Numbered from the stretch's first letter, positions 1 through 10,957 are shown. The stretch is DNA of 64,000 nt from an uncultured Clostridium sp. (GCA_945865665.1 CAMBEE010000001.1:71874-135873), one strand, 5' to 3'. Numbers and translations: made by a program. The notes: generated by a model not told the origin, from the sequence alone.

Positions 1-7
1 GAATTAA

Positions 8-382
8 TCAGATTCAACTAAAGATATAAAAAACAATGTAACTGAAATTGTAAAAGGAATAACAAATGAAATAGATGCAACAGAACCAACTAGAACAGAT
101 AATCAAACAAACAATCAAACAAATACAGTGACAAATTCTGAAACAACTAAAAATACTACTAATGAAAACAAAACAAATACAAATACCACAATTAATAAAT
201 CAAATACCACAACAAATACAACTACAAACAATGAAAAGAACAATAATACTACTGAAAAAAATCATAATACTAGCAATTCAACAGAAACAAATAATAAGAC
301 AAATGCACAGCATCCAAATAATAATATAACTGAAGAAAACTCAACGAAATCAAATGCAACACGAGAAAATACAGGTCAATAG
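8..382 (+). other. N/T-rich low-complexity ORF. Possibly the C-terminal remnant of a secreted protein; a gene fragment is likely.
   Basis: The frame is open from nt 8 to 382 with no in-frame ATG (the track start is GTG at 128). The product is an Asn/Thr-rich tail similar to the PBP1A C-terminal tail in this window. All three frames have stops within the first 30 nt, so no upstream gene reads into it. Confidence 0.25.
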
Positions 383-570
383 TAAGGTATTATAATTCTA
401 GAATATATCTAACATATAGTGTGAACCAGTAGTAGATGAAGAATATAATAAATTGCTATAAGAAAATTGACAAAAATTGCATTTTTTTTTCAAAAAAGCT
501 ATTGCAAAATAAGAATTTTTTTGATATAACAGTTTTGAAGGAAAAAGGTATAGTTTTTAAGGAGGAAGTT

Positions 571-2214
571 ATGCAACAAAAAGATTTGCATAAACTTGGG
601 AAAACTGACTTATTAACTTTGATATATAAGCAAGAAAAGCAAATACAAAAACTAACAAAAGAAATAGAAGATTTAAACCAACAATTAGAGAATAGAACAA
701 TACAGATGAAAGAAGCTGGTTCAATAGCTGAAGCATCATTAAAAATAAACAAGATATTTGAAGCAGCCCAACAGGCTGCAGATGAATATCTAGAAAGCAT
801 AAAAGAAGTTAATAAGCCATCTCATGAATATGCAAAAATTAATAAAAACATAACTAAAGATGAGCTAAGCAACAAAGACGAAATTCTTAGTCAAGATACC
901 TATGAAGAACAAATAAAGCACAAAATAAAAAAAGGTAAAAAACAAACCAAAGATAAAGTAATTAGTAAAGAATTAGTACTTGTAAATAATAAGATTGCGG
1001 TAATAAAACCCAAATTTCTTAAAAAAGTAATAATTCTTTTGTCGTTTATATTTGAAAAATTGTCAAAATTTAAAAGGACATGTGTAGAAAATATCAAAAT
1101 TAAGGTATGTTCATTTAAAAACAAATTGAAGGTAAATTTTACTAAGTTCTATAACAAATGTAAATCAAAAATAGTAGCATGCATAAACAAAATAAAAAAT
1201 ATAAAATTACCTAAGAAAAAAGCTAACAAACAATTAAATACTGAAAACAAATCTAATATAGAAAATTCGTTAATAAATATAAATAAGAGAACAATTTTAT
1301 ACTATAAGATACTAAGAATTTCAAAAAAATATTTGCAAAAACTACAAAATTGCATAATTACAAGTTATGGAGCTTGTATCAAATATTTTAAAAATAAATA
1401 CAAAATGCTTAATAATGCTAGAAACAAGATTCAATTATATCTTAAAAATTTTTTGGAAGGCCTAAAAAAGAAAATTGTAGTACTAAAATCTAAAATTTCA
1501 AATAAGATACATCAGATAAGAAAAACAAATAAAATTAATGAATTTATAAAAAAAGAAAAGCACAGAACTTCAGAATTTATTTCAAAAATAGTTTCTAATA
1601 TTAAAGAAAAAAAGAAACTTAAAGAAGTAAAACAGCAGACACATGAAGCAGTTGTGAAAAACATGGAAATATCCATACCAGAAATAGAAGAAGAACTAAA
1701 GAAAAGAAAAGATAGAAAAATCAAAATAAATTTTATAAAAACATTTGGATATTCCGCAATTGTAATTATTGCATTTGCTATAATTACTTCAACATCATTT
1801 TTTAAAATCTTACAAGTAAGTGGAAGTAGTATGGAGCCAAATTTACATGAGGGAGAATTATTAATAACATCAAATTTTTTCAAATTTGGAAAAGGAGATA
1901 TTATCGCTTTTTATTATAATGATAGTGTATTAATTAAAAGAGTAATTGCAACAGAAGGCGATGTTGTTAATATTGAAGATGATGGAACTGTTTTTGTAAA
2001 TAGTGTAAAGCTAGAAGAAAACTATGTAAAAGAATTATCTTATAAAAATTGTGATATAACATTTCCATATCAAGTTCCTAAAGATAGTGTATTTATTTTG
2101 GGAGATAATAGGAAAGTTTCAATAGACAGTAGAAGCAAGGCAATAGGAAGCATTTCAAAGGATAAAATTATAGGAAAAATAAAATTCAAATTAAATCCCT
2201 TTGTAATTTATTAA
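571..2214 (+). CDS. Signal peptidase I (S26 family, SipW/LepB-like) with an about 400-aa N-terminal coiled-coil and Lys-rich extension, pilus-associated
   Basis: Strong RBS AAGGAGG 6 nt before the ATG at 571. The frame stays open for 1.78 kb in 27% GC DNA. The C-terminus has a TM segment and S26 boxes: GSSMEPNL (Ser), LIKRVIATEGD (Lys) and ILGDNRKVSIDSRS. The N-terminus (MQQKDLHKL...QIQKLTKEIEDLNQQLE) is predicted coiled coil. Confidence 0.7.
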   Translation: MQQKDLHKLGKTDLLTLIYKQEKQIQKLTKEIEDLNQQLENRTIQMKEAGSIAEASLKINKIFEAAQQAADEYLESIKEVNKPSHEYAKINKNITKDELSNKDEILSQDTYEEQIKHKIKKGKKQTKDKVISKELVLVNNKIAVIKPKFLKKVIILLSFIFEKLSKFKRTCVENIKIKVCSFKNKLKVNFTKFYNKCKSKIVACINKIKNIKLPKKKANKQLNTENKSNIENSLININKRTILYYKILRISKKYLQKLQNCIITSYGACIKYFKNKYKMLNNARNKIQLYLKNFLEGLKKKIVVLKSKISNKIHQIRKTNKINEFIKKEKHRTSEFISKIVSNIKEKKKLKEVKQQTHEAVVKNMEISIPEIEEELKKRKDRKIKINFIKTFGYSAIVIIAFAIITSTSFFKILQVSGSSMEPNLHEGELLITSNFFKFGKGDIIAFYYNDSVLIKRVIATEGDVVNIEDDGTVFVNSVKLEENYVKELSYKNCDITFPYQVPKDSVFILGDNRKVSIDSRSKAIGSISKDKIIGKIKFKLNPFVIY

Positions 2215-2251
2215 ATTATAATAAATTAAATTTTTGAAGAAAGGAGCAAAA

Positions 2252-5200
2252 ATGAATAAAGCAATGACTGATATACTAAAAAACAAAAGAAAAACAGTTC
2301 TATTTGTAGTTTTAGCAATCATCTTAGTTCTAGCTACATGGTATAAGTTAAAAGTTCAAGGAATAACTATGACAGAAGATGCTTCATATGAGCAAGTTTT
2401 AGTTTGTAAAAATTCTGATGTGAACCATGTACATTCAGCAGAATGTTATGAAAAAGTAGCAGTTACTAATCAAAATGAGAAAGAAAATGTAGTTCAAGAA
2501 GAAAAAGCGAAGGATACAACAGATTCAAAAGCTGAAGAACAACAAACTAATAAACAAAATGAAACTTCAGACCAAACTAGCAAGACTGAGTTGAAAGAAA
2601 ATACACCAGAAACTTTAAATTCAGAAGAAATTGTAAAAAATGCAGATAGAAACAATAGAATTTCAACGACAGCATTAGAGAATGTTAGACATTCTGAAGA
2701 AAGTGATGCAGTTAATTTATATGTGAATATAGATAATAATTGGACATTAATTGGGGTTTTGAACCAAAAAACTAGTAAAAAAGGGAAAAAATATATTAGC
2801 GCAGATGATGTTACAAAGTTAATTAATAAAAAATTAGATATATCTCCTAATAAAGCTAGTGAATTCAATTTATGTTACTTTGTTGGAACAAAAAATATTT
2901 TCTCTATGACAAATATAAATAAAGATAAATATAATTTAGGAAATGATAATTTATATATAGATGCTTATATAACATCAAATGTCACATCTGAAGATGCCTG
3001 GAGAAATGGAAAAAACAACTTTAAGGTATACTCAATTACAGAGAAAACTGCAGAAAATGTTCCAATAGATGGTACACCTAAATATGTATATGCAACAACA
3101 AATAAACCAGCAACATATCAGCTATCAGATGAACACAATTACTATGTAAATAATGAAAGTGAAATTAAACAAGCTGAAACACAAATTAATATATCTGGTC
3201 CAACAGTATTAAAACAAGTTCCGGTTGAAAAATGTACAGTTACAATTGTTAGCGTGGATGGAACAGTTGCTACAAAACAAGTAAATAAGGGTTCAAAATT
3301 TACACTAGGAAGTAACCTAAAATGGAAGGTTGGAGATAGCACAGAATTAACAAATGGTGGAACACAAATAACTGTAAATGAAAATATTACAGTTACAGAA
3401 TCAAATGAAATAAAAATAAACTATACAGTAGATACATCAACAACTGCAACAAATATTAATGCAAGATATAAATACGATGGAATTGCAATACCAACAGTTC
3501 AGGGAAGTAATACATATTCAACAACAATCACATATAATAGTGGAACAACAACAGAACAACTTTCAGACAAATATGTAACACCATATAATAGTGCTGCTAC
3601 AGTAACAAAGGATAGAATAATTCTTGAATTTGCCGGTTGGAAAATAAATGGTGGTTCTACAGTTGTAAACGCACAAACAGAACTTAGCTGGAATGAATTG
3701 TATTCATATGCCCAAAATGGAGAAATTAATTTTAGCACAATTTGGAACCATATTAATAACAACAAGAAATACGTAAATTTCTATATGAGATATGATTCAG
3801 TAGCAGTAGATACAAATGGAAACATTACAGGACAAGACGCAAATAAATATACCCCATCACTATGGGCAAGTTATGTTGGAAATAGTGATTTAGCAAGAAA
3901 TATAGCTGATACTTCTTCAGACAATTCATATGGAGCTAATAAAGCAATTAGACAACTAGAAGGTGTAAAGGAAAATTCTGCATATATTTATAGTATTCCA
4001 ACAGATGAATATATCTTAAGCCAATTAAAAAAATATTCAAATGATCTTTCAATTGATGGTGAAAAAGTATCAGTAGATCAATTGGATTTGGAACATTATG
4101 AAATAAGATGGTATGTATTTAAAAATCAACCTGATTGTTGGCATATAGATGGAAAATTAGTTAGAAAAGAAGGAAAAATGACTGTAAGTAAAACATTTAA
4201 AGGTTCAAAAACAGCAATAGAAGCGGTAACTGGATATTCTTTTGATACTAAAAATTCTACTAATTCTAGATATCATTTAGAAATGAAAGGTGGAAATGCT
4301 GTTGCAACAACAACAGATTTGTATCTAGATTCTGCAAAACTAGAAGATAAGTCAACAACACAAGATGGAGTTACAACATATGAATTAAAATACACATGGG
4401 AAGTTAATGTTAAATATGGAATACATTATACAATTACTGAAAAAAATTACAATGTAGATAGATATATTACAAATGCCGTATATAATATTGTTGATCCAGA
4501 GAACACAAAATATAAAAAAGTATATAATTCAGATGGAACATATTATTATGAAAAAGACTCAGAAGGAAACTTTATTACAACATACGAGAATCAATCTAAA
4601 GGTTCAACAACTGCTGATAGTGCAAATGTTATAGGTGTAAATAATTATGCAATAGATAGTGGGGAAGTTATAGATAACTCAAAACTAATAAATGTAAACT
4701 TTACAAACACATATGCACCAACATCAGCAATAACAATAAAGAAAGATGACTCTGCAACGAATAATGGGCTTGCTAATGCACAATTTTCACTATATGAAGT
4801 AAATAATGGTAATATAGATAAAAATTCACCAATAAAATTTACTTATAATGAATCAATTTACAAGTATAATGAAAATGGAGACAAAACTGTATTAACGTCG
4901 CCATCTGGTGGATCAATAATTTTAGATAACTTACCAACAGGTAAAACATATAAATTAGTTGAAATTTCTGTTCCAGAAGGATATGATGGAAACAGTTCAG
5001 TAGAGGTTACTCTTACAACACAAAATGATGGAGTTGTAGTTCCAGTAATTTCAAAAGGAACAGGAAAAGAATATGACGATAAAAACAAAGTACTAGAAGT
5101 TGATAATGCTTCTAAATTGACAGAAGTAAAAGTAACAAAAGTATGGCAAGATGTACCAGAAAAATATGTTAAAGATGTAATTGTTGAATTATATTTAAAC

Positions 5201-6058
5201 AATATGCCAATTTCAAATTATAATTTAAAATATGATTTAAATGGCGACGGAAAAATTGATGACAAAGACATTGTTACAATTCAAAAGCAAGTAACCTTAA
5301 ATAAAGAAAATAATTGGTCTAACACATGGAAAAACTTACCATTATATATTGATGGAAAAAAAGCAATATATTCAGTAAGAGAAGTACAAATAGGAGACAT
5401 AAAAGCAGTTACAAATGGCCAATATAATTCAGAAAAGGGAACATGGGAAAGTTATGATGCATATACACAATATAGGGCACATACAACTGAACAGAAAGAA
5501 ACAACTGACTCAAATGGAAATGTAACACAAGTTTCATTTGATTTAGTAAACACGATACATTTAGTAAAAATAAATATAAACAAAATTAGTCCATTAGGAT
5601 TGCCAATTGATGGTGTAAAATTCAGATTACAAAAAATAGATGATTTAGGAAACATAGATTCTACATTTGAAGCTAAAGAGCTTGTAACTTCATTAGATGG
5701 AAAGTTAAGCTTTGTTGATTTAGAATATAATACAAAATATGTAATAACAGAAATTGAAGGTAATAAGGGATATTATCTTGACAGTACACCAATTTATGTA
5801 ACAATAAATAAAGGTGAACAAGGGCAGGAAGATACTTTAACTTTATATAAAGACAATACATTTGAGGAAGAAGCACAAAAAGGCAACTATGAGTATGTGT
5901 CATTAAACGAATCAAAAGACACATTGAATATTATTAATATTTCACATACACCAATGCCAAAGGCTGGAGGATGTGGTGTTTATGGTTTTTACATTTTGGG
6001 TATTATTCTAATGGGATGCTCAATAATTATAATATATTTAAGAAAAAATAAAATATAG
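2252..6058 (+). CDS. Large surface/pilus tip adhesin (about 1270 aa) with CnaB-type isopeptide domains, a dockerin-like Ca-binding motif and a non-canonical C-terminal sorting signal
   Basis: RBS AAAGGAG before the ATG at 2252 (MNKAMTDIL...). N-terminal TM/signal anchor. CnaB-like segments (VTKVWQDVPEKYVKDVIVELYL, YVITEIEGNKGYY). Motif DLNGDGKIDDKD. The C-terminus is HTPMPKAGG followed by a hydrophobic TM and RKNKI, which is sorting-signal architecture without LPXTG. Confidence 0.7.
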   Translation: MNKAMTDILKNKRKTVLFVVLAIILVLATWYKLKVQGITMTEDASYEQVLVCKNSDVNHVHSAECYEKVAVTNQNEKENVVQEEKAKDTTDSKAEEQQTNKQNETSDQTSKTELKENTPETLNSEEIVKNADRNNRISTTALENVRHSEESDAVNLYVNIDNNWTLIGVLNQKTSKKGKKYISADDVTKLINKKLDISPNKASEFNLCYFVGTKNIFSMTNINKDKYNLGNDNLYIDAYITSNVTSEDAWRNGKNNFKVYSITEKTAENVPIDGTPKYVYATTNKPATYQLSDEHNYYVNNESEIKQAETQINISGPTVLKQVPVEKCTVTIVSVDGTVATKQVNKGSKFTLGSNLKWKVGDSTELTNGGTQITVNENITVTESNEIKINYTVDTSTTATNINARYKYDGIAIPTVQGSNTYSTTITYNSGTTTEQLSDKYVTPYNSAATVTKDRIILEFAGWKINGGSTVVNAQTELSWNELYSYAQNGEINFSTIWNHINNNKKYVNFYMRYDSVAVDTNGNITGQDANKYTPSLWASYVGNSDLARNIADTSSDNSYGANKAIRQLEGVKENSAYIYSIPTDEYILSQLKKYSNDLSIDGEKVSVDQLDLEHYEIRWYVFKNQPDCWHIDGKLVRKEGKMTVSKTFKGSKTAIEAVTGYSFDTKNSTNSRYHLEMKGGNAVATTTDLYLDSAKLEDKSTTQDGVTTYELKYTWEVNVKYGIHYTITEKNYNVDRYITNAVYNIVDPENTKYKKVYNSDGTYYYEKDSEGNFITTYENQSKGSTTADSANVIGVNNYAIDSGEVIDNSKLINVNFTNTYAPTSAITIKKDDSATNNGLANAQFSLYEVNNGNIDKNSPIKFTYNESIYKYNENGDKTVLTSPSGGSIILDNLPTGKTYKLVEISVPEGYDGNSSVEVTLTTQNDGVVVPVISKGTGKEYDDKNKVLEVDNASKLTEVKVTKVWQDVPEKYVKDVIVELYLNNMPISNYNLKYDLNGDGKIDDKDIVTIQKQVTLNKENNWSNTWKNLPLYIDGKKAIYSVREVQIGDIKAVTNGQYNSEKGTWESYDAYTQYRAHTTEQKETTDSNGNVTQVSFDLVNTIHLVKININKISPLGLPIDGVKFRLQKIDDLGNIDSTFEAKELVTSLDGKLSFVDLEYNTKYVITEIEGNKGYYLDSTPIYVTINKGEQGQEDTLTLYKDNTFEEEAQKGNYEYVSLNESKDTLNIINISHTPMPKAGGCGVYGFYILGIILMGCSIIIIYLRKNKI

Positions 6059-6074
6059 AAAGGAAAGTAAAAGG

Positions 6075-7583
6075 ATGAAAACATTTAAAAAATTATTTAC
6101 AGTTTTAGCAATTATTTTGTTTGCTATAATTTCATTATTACCAGCAAGAAGTTTATCTGCTGAAAACGACCTAACAATCACAGTAACAGGAGATGTAAAA
6201 GGTAGAACACTTTCTGTTTATAAATTATTTGATTTAACAGTAACAGGAACAGCTGAAAAACCAGTTTACAATTATACTTGGGCTGGAGCTTCAGAAAAAT
6301 TCTTTAGTGATAAAAAATATGAAACAGTTGCTAAAGCAACAGATTACTTAAAAGGACTTGAAAATAACTCAACAGCATTAACTACAATTGCTGAAGAATA
6401 TTACCAATATTGCAAAGATAATGGTCAAACAGCAATTGCTAAAAAACAAGGAATTGACACAACAGAAGCAGTATTCACTGTACCAGGTCAAGGATATTAT
6501 CTAGTTTATGATGAAACAGAAATAAATGAAACAGGTAGAGCTAGAGCTGCTGCTATGTTATCAAATGTTACAAAAAATGCAGAAGTAGCATTAAAAGCTG
6601 AGAAAACAACAGTTGAAAAAATGGCTGATAAAGCAACAGCAGCTGTTGGTGAAACAGTAAATTACACAGTAACATCAAGAGTTCCAAATGTAGTAGGATA
6701 TGACTCATACAAATTTATAGTAACAGATACATTATCAAAAGGATTAACATTAACTGACAATACAGTTGTTACAGTTACAATTGGTGGTGAAACATATACA
6801 GCTTGGACAAAAAATGTTACTCCTAACGATGGTGGTACAACAACATTAACAATAACATTTAATCCAACAGAATTTGCAAAATTAAAAGATAAAACAGGTG
6901 CAGAAATAAAAATTACATATTCTGCAGTATTAAATAATGATGCAGCAACAATCTTAGATAACACAAACGAAGTAAAAATTGAATATTCAAACAACCCAAC
7001 AACAGATGGAACAGGAACAACAAACACAGATGTAATTCACGTTTATACATACAAAATTGACTTCACAAAGAGAAATACAGCTGGAGTAGCATTACCAGGA
7101 GCAAAATTTGTATTAAAATTATCAGATGGAAAATTTGCAACATTTGATGAAAAAGGTGTATTTACAGGAACAGTTGCAACAAAAGAAGAAGCAACAGTAT
7201 TAACATCAGATGATAATGGTAATATTGCAATATCTGGATTGAAAGCTGGAACATATACATTAATAGAAACAGAAGCACCATCAGGATATAGCGTTCCAAA
7301 CTTTGAATTTGTATTTACAATTAGCCAAAAATTAGATGAAAATGGAAAATTAGAAACAGCAACATTTGACTATAAAACAGATGAAAATCTTAAAGCAGCT
7401 AAAGGATATATGACAGATAAAACAAATACATCAGCTTCATTTGCAATAGAAGTATTAAATGCTAAAGAAGGATCATTACCAACAACAGGTGGAATTGGAA
7501 CAACAATATTTACAGTTGCAGGTATAGCTGTAATGGCTGTTGCAGTTGTAGCATTAGTTGCTCACAATAAAAAAAATGATTAA
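6075..7583 (+). CDS. Major (backbone) pilin, LPXTG-anchored
   Basis: Signal peptide. E-box YTLIETEAPSGY. Pilin-motif-like VIHVYTYKIDFTKRN with a conserved Lys. C-terminal LPTTGG followed by a TM and HNKKND. RBS AAAAGGA. Confidence 0.8.
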   Translation: MKTFKKLFTVLAIILFAIISLLPARSLSAENDLTITVTGDVKGRTLSVYKLFDLTVTGTAEKPVYNYTWAGASEKFFSDKKYETVAKATDYLKGLENNSTALTTIAEEYYQYCKDNGQTAIAKKQGIDTTEAVFTVPGQGYYLVYDETEINETGRARAAAMLSNVTKNAEVALKAEKTTVEKMADKATAAVGETVNYTVTSRVPNVVGYDSYKFIVTDTLSKGLTLTDNTVVTVTIGGETYTAWTKNVTPNDGGTTTLTITFNPTEFAKLKDKTGAEIKITYSAVLNNDAATILDNTNEVKIEYSNNPTTDGTGTTNTDVIHVYTYKIDFTKRNTAGVALPGAKFVLKLSDGKFATFDEKGVFTGTVATKEEATVLTSDDNGNIAISGLKAGTYTLIETEAPSGYSVPNFEFVFTISQKLDENGKLETATFDYKTDENLKAAKGYMTDKTNTSASFAIEVLNAKEGSLPTTGGIGTTIFTVAGIAVMAVAVVALVAHNKKND

Positions 7584-7652
7584 TAAGTAAAAAACTTAAA
7601 TATATTATAAAAATAGATATAGATAAACAATACAGACTGAAGGAGGAAAAAG

Positions 7653-8513
7653 ATGAAAAAGAAATTCAACATAAAAAAACAATTACCTAATATCATATTA
7701 GCAATCGTATTTATTGTTGGTCTTTGCATATTTTTATATCCTTCAGTCAGTGATATAATAAATTCATGGCTTCAAAGCAAAGAAATCAGTAAATATGAAA
7801 ACCTTGTAGCAGGCTTATCAACTGAAGAATATGATAAAATGCTATCAGATGCAAGAGAATATAACAAGAAATTAGTAGGAAATAATTTAACACAGAACAT
7901 AGAAAAATCAAAAAATACAAATTATAACCAACTACTTTCTCTAGATAATACGGGAATAATGGGATATTTATATATAAGTAAAATAAATGTTAGATTACCA
8001 ATATATCATGGAACAGATGCATCAGTTTTACAAAATGGTATTGGACATTTAGAAGGTTCATCATTACCTGTTGATGGAGAAACACAACATGTAGTTATAT
8101 CAGGACATACGGGACTACCATCATCAAAATTATTAACTGATTTGGTTGAGCTAGAAGTAGGTGACACATTTAAGTTAGACATACTTAACCAAAGATATAC
8201 ATATGAAGTAGATCAAATACTTGTAGTTGAGCCAAATGAGACCGATGCATTAGAATTAGTAGAAGGTAAGCAATATGCAACAATAATTACATGTACTCCT
8301 TATGGAGTAAATACACATAGACTATTAGTTAGAGGAAAACTTAAAGATGAAACTGTAGATGCTAACATTTCAGGAGATGCAATAATAATAAATTCTAAAA
8401 CATTAATACCAATAATTTCAATTCCGTTAATTATAATCTTATTTATAATTATGATTAGTATAAGAAGAAAAAGAAAGGAAAGGGAAATAGATGAAGAAGA
8501 TAATATTAAGTAG
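7653..8513 (+). CDS. Class C (pilus-polymerising) sortase
   Basis: N-terminal TM anchor. Catalytic His (ISGHTG), TLxTC motif IITCTPYG, conserved Arg (HRLLVRG). C-terminal TM lid. RBS GAAGGAGG. Confidence 0.85.
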   Translation: MKKKFNIKKQLPNIILAIVFIVGLCIFLYPSVSDIINSWLQSKEISKYENLVAGLSTEEYDKMLSDAREYNKKLVGNNLTQNIEKSKNTNYNQLLSLDNTGIMGYLYISKINVRLPIYHGTDASVLQNGIGHLEGSSLPVDGETQHVVISGHTGLPSSKLLTDLVELEVGDTFKLDILNQRYTYEVDQILVVEPNETDALELVEGKQYATIITCTPYGVNTHRLLVRGKLKDETVDANISGDAIIINSKTLIPIISIPLIIILFIIMISIRRKRKEREIDEEDNIK

Positions 8514-9144
8514 TTTAATTTTTATAATACTTGTAGCTAGTTTAGTTGGAACAGTATTAGCTGTAAATTTGGGGACGATTCAATTTGTGGCAATAGATAA
8601 TACTGACTCAAAAACAATAGAAAATTTAGAAGTTTCAGTATATCAAGTAAGTACACAAGATGAACAGGGGAATTTTAAATTTGCAGCTGGATTTGAAAAT
8701 TGTACATTAAACATAGAGGACTTATCAGAAAGAAATTTACAAAATTTAAAAGAATATGCAAAAGCAAATGCAAATCCAGTATCTATAAAAACAACTAATT
8801 CAAATGGTAAATTCAGTTTGAATAATTTAGATTTAGGAGTATACTTATTTGTACAAGAAAACAAAGAAAACGAAATCACTATGCAAACAATGTTAATCTC
8901 AATTCCTGAATTGAATAAAGAAAATGGCTTGAAATATAATGTTACAGTAAAACCTAAAATACTAAACAAAGAAATAGTAGATAAAAATGAAAACCAAAAA
9001 AATAGTACACTAGTACAAGATGACAAACTGCCATATACAGGAGTTTTAAATTGGCCTATACCTGTTCTTGTAGTTGTAGGAATAGTTATTTTTTGTATAG
9101 CCTGGCTAAAAGTTTACGGTACATCTAAAAAAAAAGTAAAATAG
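8491..9144 (+). CDS. Small LPXTG pilin (minor/basal pilin candidate), signal is LPYTG
   Basis: Signal peptide. C-terminal KLPYTG followed by a TM and KKKVK. The start overlaps the end of the sortase gene, implying translational coupling. Confidence 0.6.
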   Translation: MKKIILSSLIFIILVASLVGTVLAVNLGTIQFVAIDNTDSKTIENLEVSVYQVSTQDEQGNFKFAAGFENCTLNIEDLSERNLQNLKEYAKANANPVSIKTTNSNGKFSLNNLDLGVYLFVQENKENEITMQTMLISIPELNKENGLKYNVTVKPKILNKEIVDKNENQKNSTLVQDDKLPYTGVLNWPIPVLVVVGIVIFCIAWLKVYGTSKKKVK

Positions 9145-9155
9145 GCATATTTTTT

Positions 9156-9752
9156 ATGATATTTGCTGTCTTGATGTTAGCTAGTGCAGGAATATTATTA
9201 TTATACAACTCATCAGAAGATACAAGAGTTGAAGATGATAACCTAGAAACAGTTACACAATTAGAAAACATTTTAGAAAAGCAAAATGATAATCAAAATA
9301 ATGTGCAAAATTCAGAAAAAACAGAGAATACTGAAAATAATGCTATATCTTTAAATAATAATAGGACAAGTATTAACATTAAAGGAAATAACTATATTGG
9401 AATTATCTATATACCAATATTAAATAATCTTGCTTTGCCTGTTATAGAAGATTGTACAGTAGATAACTTAAAAATATCTGTATGTAGATATTCAGGAAAT
9501 ATTAATGAAAATAACCTTGTTATTGCAGGACATAACTATAAATCATCTTTTGGAAAACTTTCAAGACTTACTGTTGGAAATCTTGTATATTTTAAAGATG
9601 TTAATGGAAATGTATATAAATATCATTGCAAAGCAATTGAAACCTTATCTCCTAAGTCTGTAAATGAAATGATAACTGGAGATTGGGACTTAACTTTATT
9701 TACTTGTACCTATAATGGTGCTAATCGTATTGCATATAGATTTGAGTTGTAA
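9156..9752 (+). CDS. Sortase, second copy (small class B/D-like transpeptidase)
   Basis: N-terminal TM. Catalytic His (LVIAGHNY), Cys (LFTCTY) and Arg (RIAYRFEL). No obvious RBS. Confidence 0.7.
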   Translation: MIFAVLMLASAGILLLYNSSEDTRVEDDNLETVTQLENILEKQNDNQNNVQNSEKTENTENNAISLNNNRTSINIKGNNYIGIIYIPILNNLALPVIEDCTVDNLKISVCRYSGNINENNLVIAGHNYKSSFGKLSRLTVGNLVYFKDVNGNVYKYHCKAIETLSPKSVNEMITGDWDLTLFTCTYNGANRIAYRFEL

Positions 9753-9809
9753 AGTAGAACTTTTAAAATAGGAAAATATTATAAAAAGCATAATTTAAAT
9801 ATTATTAAG

Positions 9810-9845
9810 AGGTTAATGTGAGAAGTTATCCTCTTTTTTATTACC
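9810..9845 (+). terminator. Putative rho-independent terminator of the pilus operon
   Basis: Stem aagagg...cctctt followed by ttttttatt directly after the last sortase gene. Confidence 0.4.
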
Positions 9846-10001
9846 TAAAAAAGCACAATTTGCAATTATATAAGAGAAGTGATGAGAAATACATAGCTGA
9901 CATTTGGTTCAGAATTTATAAAAGAATATTACCAAACAACTGTTTACAAAATAAAAATAAAGTGATATAATACAATTAAAGTTTATTTTAGGAGGTGGAA
10001 T

Positions 10002-10957
10002 ATGCAGAAGCAAAATATATATGTAGCAATAGATTTAAAAAGTTTTTATGCTTCAGTAGAATGTCGAGAAAGAGGATTAAACCCTCTAACAACTAATCTG
10101 GTAGTAGCAGACAGTAGTAGAACAGAAAAAACAATATGTCTTGCTGTAAGTCCATCTCTAAAACAATATGGAATACCAGGAAGAGCAAGGCTATTTGAAG
10201 TAGTTCAAAAAGTAAGAGAAATAAATACAAATAGAAGATATAATGCACCTGGTCATATATTAAAAGGAAAATCTTATGAAGACATAGAACTAAAAAAACA
10301 TCCAGAATATGAACTAGATTATATTATAGCACCACCTCAAATGAAAAAATATATGAAGTATAGCACTAATATATATAATATTTATCTAAAATATTTTTCT
10401 CCAGATGATATATGTGTTTATTCCATAGATGAAGTTTTTATTGATGTAACACATTATTTAAAAACCTATCAAATGAAAGCAAGTCAATTAGCCACAAAAG
10501 TTATACATGATATATATAAACAAACTGGAATTACAGCAACTTGTGGAGTAGGAACAAATCTATATCTTGCAAAAATTGCAATGGACATAGTAGCAAAACA
10601 TGCACATGGTACGATAAATTTAGACCATAAAACTTCATCGAATAAACTTATTGGTGAATCAGTTATGAAATTATATAATAGAATAATTGATAAGCGTTTA
10701 TTAACTCGGAGAATTAATATAACTGCAAATAATGTAATTAGTGAAGAACAGGCTGAAAAAGAAAATAAATTTGAACAAATTGATTTATTTACTGATTATT
10801 CAGAAGTAGAAAGAAAAAAAAGAGCAAAATCTTCAAAGATCTATACTAGATATAAAGAAAAAATATGGTAAAAACGCAATTCTAAAAGGAATGAATTTTG
10901 AAGATGGAGGAACAACAATAGAAAGAAGTGAACAAGTAGGAGGTCATAAAGGTTAAT
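10002..10957 (+). pseudogene. Y-family (UmuC/UvrX/ImpB-like) translesion DNA polymerase, degraded
   Basis: The N-terminus YVAIDLKSFYASVECRE is the Y-family palm motif. The protein is far shorter than the about 420-aa norm. A +1 frameshift lies inside an A8 run (10813-10820); the shifted frame continues as KKYGKNAILKGMNFEDGGTTIERSEQVGGHKG, the typical family C-terminus. A promoter TTACAA-17-TATAAT lies upstream at about 9943-9971. Confidence 0.6.

Noticed and set aside
436-570. Track start of the first ORF at 436
   Set aside because: There is no RBS there. The ATG at 571 has a perfect AAGGAGG, so the gene most likely starts at 571.
2234-2251. Start of the tip adhesin at 2234 (MKKGAK)
   Set aside because: That ATG overlaps the Shine-Dalgarno sequence AAAGGAG. 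The ATG at 2252 is correctly spaced.
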